Below, piece by piece: positions 54,951 to 64,000 of a stretch of 64,000 bases of DNA. A model generated the notes under the pieces. The model searched no databases and was not told the DNA's origin. It saw only the letters and a list, made by a program, of their open reading frames with translations. The position numbers and the translations under genes were made by a program. Each line of letters begins with the position of its first letter. The stretch's first letter is position 1. Source of the stretch: Chrysomallon squamiferum (Eukaryota; Animalia; Mollusca); NCBI GenBank assembly GCA_012295275.1, contig CM022679.1:18662001-18726000 (forward strand), read 5' to 3'.

Positions 54951-56088
54951 AAGACACGAACAAAACTTGACCATACAGATGAGGGAATACAATTCCTAGT
55001 GCAGCTTCAAAGTATTCAAAGTAGAATCTAAAGTTTCTCTTCGTTTCTTATCTGTTTTCATGATGAATATGTATAGAATTTCAACTTTCCTAAACCGCTG
55101 TCAAAATTCTGCCATTATTTCAGATGTTATTTGATACAATATTTTTTTCGTCCTATATTGTTCATGATGTTTTTGTTTAATGTGTTAATAACAAGTATGG
55201 AGAAAGATTTTCAACATCAAGCATCCGAATTAGATTCAAGTTCTCATTATCTTATTGCATTAAGATATACCCTAAACTCTGGTTGGCACTTTTTGAAATA
55301 ATGATAATAAAACACACAGCATTTAGACATACATGTACATACATTCTACTTAGATTGATTTATTTCACACATTTTGGTGCAAACTGGATCGATTAAAATT
55401 AAATACTAGTAAATAACAGATCGTTTTATTTTATTTTCGTGTTTTGTTTGATTTTTATGTAACAACAGCAAATCTTATTCTGAAATATGTAGCTATTATT
55501 ATAATTTTTTTGTTTCCCCACAAAACCAATGCACTATTTGAAAGCTTCGTTTATGAAAGAAGCATGCCTCGAAGATTTCTGAATTATCTCGGAAATTAGT
55601 TTGAGCGTCGTATGGTGCGTTCTTTCCAGTGACAAAATAAAATCAAGTTTAGTTTGTATATTTAAAAACTGAAAGAAAGAAAAAACTTATTTAATGACAT
55701 TTGCCTAAAAGATAACATTCTAGATTGAAAGCAGAATTTCTAGTTTTCTGATTTTCACAAGGAACTTTGATCTCGGCGAAACATTTTTTTGTTTTAAACA
55801 AAAACAAACATTCGTTTGAAATTTTGTAGAAGGATGATTAATTATTGATTCAGACATTTTATTTAGAAGGGGTCGGCAAAGTGATCGATATTGACCCGGG
55901 GGTCTATGGAATTATCCAAATGTGATACAATAGCAGCAGCACGACTATAATATTTTTTTGATTTTCAGATTTAAAATATTTACGGTTTTACAGCGACTAA
56001 AATACTATAAACCTACATACTGTTTCAAAACATTATTCATGCCCACCTTGCACTTTATTATTTTTATCATATTTTTTAATTATTATTA

Positions 56089-56148
<60 letters not shown>

Positions 56149-56179
56149 TAAGAGCAACGACAACAAAAAACTATCGTGT

Positions 56180-56301
56180 GAATTCCGGATCTGTGCTATC
56201 TTAAGATTGCGTTGCGCATTCTTATAACCGGTAAAACGCCAAAGATTGCGTTTTACAGGACTGCGCTATCTTGCAATGCGGACTTGCTTACATACCAGGC
56301 C
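56180..56301. mobile_element. Possible PIF/Harbinger-type MITE end fragment
   Basis: Short internal repeats (GCTATCTT, AAGATTGCGTT) ending in CCAGGCC followed by TAA. Related motif AAGATAGCG near 57278. Partner TIR not found. Confidence 0.3.
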
Positions 56302-57079
56302 TAACTAGACGTTAGAAATTCGCTCCCAGTTTTGAAAGCTAAGACTCGTGTCAGATAGAACGTAAATTTGTTATTAGTATTAAATTTAATGATATAAATT
56401 ATTCATTTTATATATCACAAATAAAATTAAAAGTTTCTGTTTATTTTGCTTTAAAATTATATGATGCCACAGTTGGGTAGGAGCAATAAAGAGGAAATAA
56501 TATTAAGTCATTTCTTACCCAAATGCATTATTTTGAGCTATTCGATGCTTAAAAGGAGTCTGATGCATCATCTACATTTTACAGCTAGTAGAAATATAAA
56601 CATTTTCCTATTTATTAATTTTTCAAAAATTCACTGGTCATTTATGTATTAATGCATTTTTTCACCGAGTCATTCACATTCTACTTGATTTCTATTATCT
56701 TTTTTTATCTTGGCATCAGAACAGATGGCAGTCACTGCAAACATGAAAATTTATCACAGACAAAAATGTGTTGAAACAATTACTCTTTAAAATGAGAAGT
56801 AATAGCAACAATTTTTTTTTTTTTTTTTTTTTTTTGGATACAATTGCTGAAAGTACATGTTTACTTAATATCAAATTAATAATTATGACATATATATGTG
56901 TATGATTTACAATAAATTAATCTCTTGTACTATTGAAAAATACAATTTCTGTACGATGATAAAATAAATTTTCCTGTTCCAGTATTTTTCCTTCTGTTTT
57001 TGCCTATTTTCAAAGTCGGAAGATCCATAATCATATTCTCTAATTATTAAAGTTATCCTCGGTTGATATTCCGGATTTC

Positions 57080-57140
<61 letters not shown>

Positions 57141-57432
57141 AAACTCAAGAGATATGATCATTCCGGATGGAAAATTTCAAAAACATTTCTTAAAGAACTT
57201 ATCTGATTGGGTCTCGCGTTAAGTGCTAACGATTTGCTTTGCGCGATCTCCAGAATTTCGCCCGATTTACCGATCGTAAGATAGCGTTGAACATGCACTT
57301 CATCTAAAAATTAATTATGTTCTGTATCACAGTTTATTAGGCAATATAAAAATGTAGAGAGGCAGACTAAGTGAATATTATTCCCCAGTATGTGACACAA
57401 ATGTGGTAGACCAGTGACTGTCACACTGGGTG

Positions 57433-57470
<38 letters not shown>

Positions 57471-58223
57471 CACGTTTATACCGTCACCATTCAGCTTCAT
57501 GCTATTATTCAGACGTATATACTGCCTTCGTTGCAGTAATGAAATTACTTTAACCAAATATAACCAGTTCTGAGAATTAAAAAAATATTATTAAATTTAA
57601 CAACACGTAACAAAATAATTTAAATAATAATAATAATTATTGACGTAATCTAAAGATTAAATGATGAATTAGTGACTACATAAATACCATTTTATAACCT
57701 GACAAAAACTTTGCAGTTCAATTGACTATTTGGTTGAAAATCTGCAACAGTACGAAGAAATGTATCAATTCAGCATTTTAATACCGTAAAAGTAATTTTA
57801 TAGTTGATTTTATAGCTAAAAAAAGAATAGAAAGAGATGCACACATACAGACGTAGTTCAATTAGTCATGTAGATGAACAATATAGATGTATTGCAAAAA
57901 TTCATAGAAAAAATGTATTTTCATTACTTTTTATTTATCAAGCATGCATTAGTTCTGATCATGAAAAAGTACTGTTTAATCAGGTATCCCAATTAATCTG
58001 CAAATTATTAATAAAAAATAAATTAAAAAAAAAAAAATGGAATTGAAAACACTTATTAGTAACGTGTTATCTAGAATGTGTAATGGAAAAAAAATTCAGA
58101 AGCAAACTAGTTTGCACAATACCTGTAAATAAATATAAAGATTCCAAAATCCCCATGTTTTTAAAAAGTATTACTATATAAAAAAAAAAAAAAAAAAAAA
58201 AAAATTCAATTTTTTGTTAAACA

Positions 58224-58229
58224 TTTATT
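58224..58229 (-). terminator. RPSA polyadenylation signal
   Basis: AATAAA on the minus strand about 66 nt after the stop, followed by a U-rich tract. Confidence 0.7.
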
Positions 58230-58295
58230 TCCAAAATGTTCAATTATTTGCACATTTTGAAATGTTATTCCTGTCTTTAAGTTTGTGCTTTCTGT

Positions 58296-58586
58296 CTAAT
58301 TCCAGTTTTCAGATGTAGCTCCACCACCCCAGTCAGTTTTTGGACCAGCAGCTGTAGCAGCTGGAGCACCAGGTGTTGACCAGTCTGCATGTTCTGTGGA
58401 CCAATCAGCCGCAGGTGCACCAGAGTATGCAGGTACAGGTGCAACCTGAATTGATTCGCTGGCCCAGTCAGTTACCTCTGGTCTAGTTGCTAAAGGCTGC
58501 TCTCCAGTCCACTGCTCCTGTGCTATTGGTACAGGTTCTTCCTTCTGCTGATCACGCTCTGCAGCTGCTTGTTCTTCTTTCTCAGC
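58296..58586 (-). CDS. RPSA: 40S ribosomal protein SA (uS2 / laminin receptor), last coding exon
   Basis: tttcag|AEKEEQAAAE...VTDWAS...ADWST...ADWST...TDWGG...ENWN-TAG; acidic tail with DWS-type repeats. Confidence 0.95.
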   Translation of the reverse strand, partial: AEKEEQAAAERDQQKEEPVPIAQEQWTGEQPLATRPEVTDWASESIQVAPVPAYSGAPAADWSTEHADWSTPGAPAATAAGPKTDWGGGATSENWN

Positions 58587-58935
58587 CTGAAATATCAGAT
58601 ACAAATAAATACTTTTGACACACCAGTGATAAAATGTTTATGTACATTACAAATTTAAGTAGTCAGAAATGTTGAAACATATGGCAGCCTTTTTCCAGTG
58701 GATGACAAAGAAATTAAATTAAAAAGCGAATTCAATTCCTAGATGTTTCTATGTACTTAACAGGTCCAATATTTCCATTAACTTGTTAATATTAAAGAAA
58801 CCGTTTTTCCCCCTTTTGTTTTTAAATATCAAACCTGCCAATTTATGTTTAACTCAGAAATGGGAATACTACATATTATCCACACAACCCAGATCATGAA
58901 TTAAACAATCAAAACAGCAATAAATTTATTATTAC

Positions 58936-59064
58936 ATCTTCGGGATCTCGGTAGAAATAGAGATCAACCATCACATCCCAAGGATGCTCTCTACTAATGG
59001 TTCCACGCAGTCTCAAAACTTCTCTTGCCAGCATCCACCACATCAAACCAATTGATTGTACTCC
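58936..59064 (-). CDS. RPSA: RPSA internal coding exon (43 codons; absent from the ORF track)
   Basis: tttatag|[43 protein letters not shown]|gtaat, phase 0/0. Confidence 0.97.
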
Positions 59065-61599
59065 CTATAAAAACAAAAAATGTGATAGAAAATTTTCAGT
59101 CATCTAAATATTTAATCTACTAGTAGATTTGCTGGCAAACTTATTTTTAATTAATTTAATTATATATAATACTCAAGAAAATAATAAAATGAAAGTTGCT
59201 TGATAAGCAACAACACATAAACACATAATTATCACTGTCTCTCTACTGGTTCAAAAGATACCTGCAAATCAATAACATGTTAAACATGCCACAATTGTTT
59301 AAAATGGAAGTGGCAGAATGCCCCTAAAATGATTAAAAGTGAAAACAGACACTGTGGCTTCATTTTTGGTCTCATTTCAAAAATTAAACCAGTATTGTGA
59401 ACAATTTTTAAAGATTTTTCATGTAACATTTTCAGTTTGAATGAAAAATGCAAGCCAGTGTATCAAAAATGTGCTGCTGCATTAAAAACTGAAAACTGAG
59501 ATTCACAGAATATTATGTTGTTTAAACAAATCTAAAAATATTGATACCTAAAAACTGATGAGCTATACCTTTTTAAAGAGAAAAATAACCCTCATGTTCA
59601 ATCAACACCAACCTTAAGCCATGTTTAATACATTTCAATTTTTGATGCATTTTATTTTAGAGAGATATTGCATTTTAAGGTGAATACAATTTAAATGACA
59701 GAGGGCCATTTAAAAAAAAAACAGAACAAAGAAACCCCTGAAATTTTTCTGTCTTAATATATAAAATAATTAGTGGTAGTATGTTAAAATACTGTGTGTG
59801 TGTGAAAATCTTACTTAAAAGGACTACAACCATTTGATGTTTAACTATAATCCTCTGCAATACATTAACTCAGCCAATTTTCAAAGCCTGCTCCAAAAAG
59901 GGGTTGCAGATACTAATTAGGCAATAAAAATCTGTAATCATGAGACTTAAGGCAATTAATGATGCATATGTGTTAAGTATTGTCATTTGAAGCAGAAACA
60001 TAAAATAATTTTCTTAGCTTTACATCTGCTGGAATTTGACTGCTAAAAAAGTTACCTATCACCTGACCATTGTTGATGTTTTCTCTGATGGAGCTAATCT
60101 ATACTTGAAGAAAAATAATCTAAGCTTTTAAAATTGATCAATTTATTATGTTACAATATCTAAAAAGTTATTTATTATTATTTTTTTAATTCAGTATTCT
60201 ATCAATACTGTTAATACTTGAACTAACAAACTACACTGTACTATTGTGTTGTACAGTTTGCTATGTTGCTGTTTATAGCAAAAAATTTGTTAACAAAATA
60301 ATAACCCGTCTTAGAGAAGAAAAGCTAATAATCAGCAAAATATGAAGTCAATTTGTTTATTTCTGAATGTTTTCATATTACATGCAGTAAAAGTTGGCAC
60401 ACAGAAAAAAAACATGCAGCCTACAAATATAAAGAGCACAATCATTGTAAGTAACACTAATCCTCTCTACTTGCACATAAAATCTACAGTGATTTCCCTA
60501 TGCAGCTGCTATCACAAACACAAAAACACACACACATAGAGTTGGAACATAGAAAAAAAACATGCAACCTGTAAGTTATTAAAAATATAAACATATAAAC
60601 ATATAAATAAAATAATTTGAAAAGTGCCAGTCATTTTTAGTTGCACATACAGTAATTTCGCCCAATAGGAAAAAACATTTACAGCGATTTCACTATGCAC
60701 ATGCTACTTTCAAATGTGGAGCTGTTCTATACCGATAATGTCACACGTTAGTGGTGCACATTGTTTGAAAAAAGATAACTGAATGAGCTTTCATTTGGTT
60801 ATTAGTATGTAGGGGATTTTTACCCATTTTTTTAAAAATTTGGTTTCAAGGTAAATAAAAATACGTTTGATACAAACCATTCAATCTTCCTGGCTGTGCA
60901 AAAAAAACTACTGAAGTGACTTTTGTATAGTTAAGCCAGTGTTTAGATAGCGACTGTTTTAGGGCTTTCTACTCCAGGCTGTTAATGACCCAGCACAGGC
61001 AGCAGAGTTAGTATAATCCCACATTTAACATTCTCATAAAAGCAACTGATTTCACACACAACAAAACCAACACTATCATTTAAAAACACACCCAATGATC
61101 TTTATTTACATATATTTGTTTTTCATCTCAGATTTTACAGAAGGCATTCAGGAGTGGAGGAAAATGGGAATAACCTGCTTATAAACGTTGTCCAATTATG
61201 TTAAACACTGCTATGTTCCCCAAAATATCCATTCACTTCCACTCTGTGATAATTTTCAGGTTGTAGTTCTGTATTTTGTGATAACTACTAGATGCAGTGA
61301 GTGTCTACCGAAACTGGCTAAATAAGACTGCAAACAGATTCACAAACGCAAATTTATAATTATAGAGAAATATGTCAGATACTTTTTCTGGGAACTTGAT
61401 CAATATTCCTATCTTGAAAATAGGGAGATTCCTTTTCTTTCTTTTTTTCATTTGTTGAAATGAAGTTGAAAACATTCATCCCTAAATTCATTTATCATTG
61501 ATAATTATTTTCAAACATTTTGCATTTTGCCCCAGATTTAATTAAACAACTTATAATAATAATAACACAACTTCTGATGTCAAAATGTCAGAACATGGA

Positions 61600-62030
61600 A
61601 GTGTCAAAGTAAGTCCACTGATAAGACCCTTCATTTTGATACACACCAATGATGTTGATGAGGATTAATATGCATCTGGTCTATGTGACTGAAGGAAAAT
61701 ACCCTGAGGATTACTAAACATTTTTTGGAAAAGAACACTTTGCAAGGCAGCCCAGTATTATTCTTTAAAAGGCAGACTCCTACATTATAGTTATTCTGTT
61801 GATTCTACTCCAGTGTAAGTGGTCAAAGTGTCCAAGAAAGCCCAAATTCTACAATCTGTTACCAGACATTTTATCTTGCAGAAAACGTGACGGAAGATAA
61901 GCAGTAATTTTTTTGGGGAAAATCATGAGTGATGATCATAAAGACAATTGTGCACATTGTGACAGGTATCAACAATGCAACAAATTAGCCAAGACGAGCG
62001 TCAATGAGTTCAACACCTGTACAGTTACCT
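61600..62030 (+). mobile_element. Ginger/GIN1-like (Gypsy-integrase-related) remnant in an RPSA intron
   Basis: Frameshifted translation VYVTEGKYPEDY / KRTLCKAAQYYSLKGRLLHYS / QILQSVTRHFILQKT*RKISSNFF / MSDDHKDNCAHCDRYQQCNKLAK matches the N-terminus plus H2C2 zinc-binding domain. Possible TGTCAAAG terminus at 61602. Confidence 0.7.
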
Positions 62031-62992
62031 TTTCAAGTATGATTTTTTATTTCTGACCTCAGTCTCCTAAATCCAGGAAATACAAGAGAATATGCTAAGT
62101 AGCCTGAAGAGCAGGTCAGCAACCTGTGGTGAAACTTGAGAGGATGTTGACAGACACGAAGTCCTGCTAGGAGGTCGAGGGCATGTTCCCCCTAGACAAT
62201 TTTGAAACAATATGGTGTATTCTGGAGATAAAAATATGAATTTGAAAGTAATAAATATCCCTAGCTAAGTTTTGAGGGTTGGGTTTATCAGAGAATTAAG
62301 CATATTACCATATTCAGAATTTTAAGACTTTAGCAGTAAATACCAGCACCAACTTTCCTTATTTTTCTCTTTTTATTTATGTATTTTCTCAACAAGGACT
62401 CAAACATGTAATAAAAATATATTCTACTGAAAATGCATTGTTTATTTATCCTTTAACATTAGGAGAATCAGTACTTTAGAGGAGTAAAGTGACCCAAGCC
62501 TGAATAATCTGCCCCTTCCTTCTGCTGCTTATGACTATATTTTTGTTAAAGTCTTATTTCCATTTATCAAAATACTGATGTCAGTTACTGGTGTGAAAAT
62601 ATTGAGGAAAATGATTTTTTAAAAATGAATTGTGATCCAAGTCTGAAAATTTTACTAAATTCTAATATAAAGCATTGTGAACTAATATTCGCCAAATATT
62701 AATTCTTCAAAGTATGAAGAAACAAACATTTGTGGGGATTAATTTTACTTAATTGTCTTGATGAAAAAAATGTATGAATACATTACAAAAATTTTTTAAT
62801 TTCACTTAGATATTAATTGCACGAAATCATTAATTATACAGTTTCCAAGAGAAAAACACTTTTTTCAATTTACATACATTTATAAAAAATAACATTTAAA
62901 GTGTCAGTATTTCCAGGCTGGGGAATGTGAATTTGTGAATTGGCAAAATAACTTGGTCTTCAGCAGTCATCTCAATTTTTGGAGTATATTAC

Positions 62993-63151
62993 CTTGTTGT
63001 TGCATGGGATTGCAATGTCAACATGTCGCAGGGGAGAATCTGTATTACAGAGTGCAATGACAGGAATGTTCACATAGGATGCTTCCGTAACTGGCTGGTG
63101 ATCAGTTCGGGTATCTGTCACAACCAACAGACGAGGTTCCCTGAAGGCTGC
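62993..63151 (-). CDS. RPSA: RPSA internal coding exon (53 codons)
   Basis: tttttcag|[53 protein letters not shown]|gtaat. Confidence 0.97.
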
Positions 63152-63585
63152 CTGAAAAACAATATTCAAAAAATGTCCTTGAATGGAAAAATTCATTTCA
63201 TTATTAGTGGTTATCAGCTATATACGGTTAATAAACCTGTGTACTGTTGGTGTCCATGTCATGACATGTCAGGACCATGAAACTGTCTGAAAAACTGGAA
63301 GTTTAAGCTGTAATGTTCTTAACATAGTTGTTGGAATTTACATACAAATCTAAGGTGGTGCAATACAGAAGACTGCACTTTAGCATATCGAAGTATTACA
63401 GACAGGGAGGAAGAACAATTAATTTGTTTTCTCTTTAAATTTGCAACATATCTTTTGTAACAAAACTTCCAGCTTTGCATCATCAAAGACTTAATAATGT
63501 AAACATCTTGAAGCTACCTATTAAAGACTTCATTGCGAATAATGTTAAAACATACCATACAAATAAAACAATTTAAAAGTGCTAC

Positions 63586-63791
63586 CTGAATCTGGTTGGT
63601 AAATGTACCAGGAGTGAATCGACCTGCTACTGGATTAGCTCCAGTTGCAGAAGCAAATTTCAGTACAGCACGCTGACCATATGGCCGAGCTGAGATGACA
63701 CATACATCTGATGGATTCTCAATGGCAGCAATGGCACGAGCAGCTAGCAGCAGTTTTTCCCAGGTCTTTTTCAAATTAATTATATAGACAC
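63586..63791 (-). CDS. RPSA: RPSA internal coding exon (upstream exons lie beyond the window)
   Basis: tttcag|(G)[68 protein letters not shown]|gtagc, phase 1 to phase 0. Confidence 0.97.
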
Positions 63792-64000
63792 CTGAAACAA
63801 AAATAAATATTTAACAAACGAAAACCAAAAAATTGATGCTAATTAGAAAAAAATGAATTAGGAAATTTAATATATTTGCATATTTGGACTCTGTAAATGT
63901 TATTCTCCCCCCCCCCTTGAGTTTAGCCAGCTTTATTTACACATACACACACAATATGCATGTAAGTATATACAAGTCAGACACATATGACATGAATTTC

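Noticed and set aside
61656-61708. C/D-box-like TGATGA...CTGA in an RPSA intron
   Set aside because: Wrong strand for the host gene and inside the Ginger-like coding remnant.

Overview
AT-rich, microsatellite-dense animal genomic DNA. The gene content and a degenerate MetaSINE-like domain suggest a lophotrochozoan, probably a mollusc; this is inference. Two intact genes converge. An intronless class A neuropeptide GPCR of the allatostatin-C/somatostatin receptor family lies on + (32725-33966), probably with a non-coding first exon about 12 kb upstream. The last four coding exons of RPSA/uS2 lie on - (58296-63791; the 5' end is outside the window). The main result not visible in the ORF track is a decayed multi-exon CAP/CRISP-like secreted-protein gene on - (about 25787 to 3282). 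It has a spliced signal peptide, an HN helix, a PYxxGxxCxxCP hinge and a possible ShK-like tail, all broken by stops and frameshifts. It overlaps the GPCR 5' region head-to-head, and its first exon sits between about 166-bp inverted repeats. The rest is four satellites (28, 35, 49-50 and 38 bp units), transposon relics (MULE/FLYWCH, Tigger/pogo, hAT MITE, Ginger/GIN1-like, an unclassified MITE, a SINE) and several fold-back hairpins. All calls were made by eye; no database searches were run.
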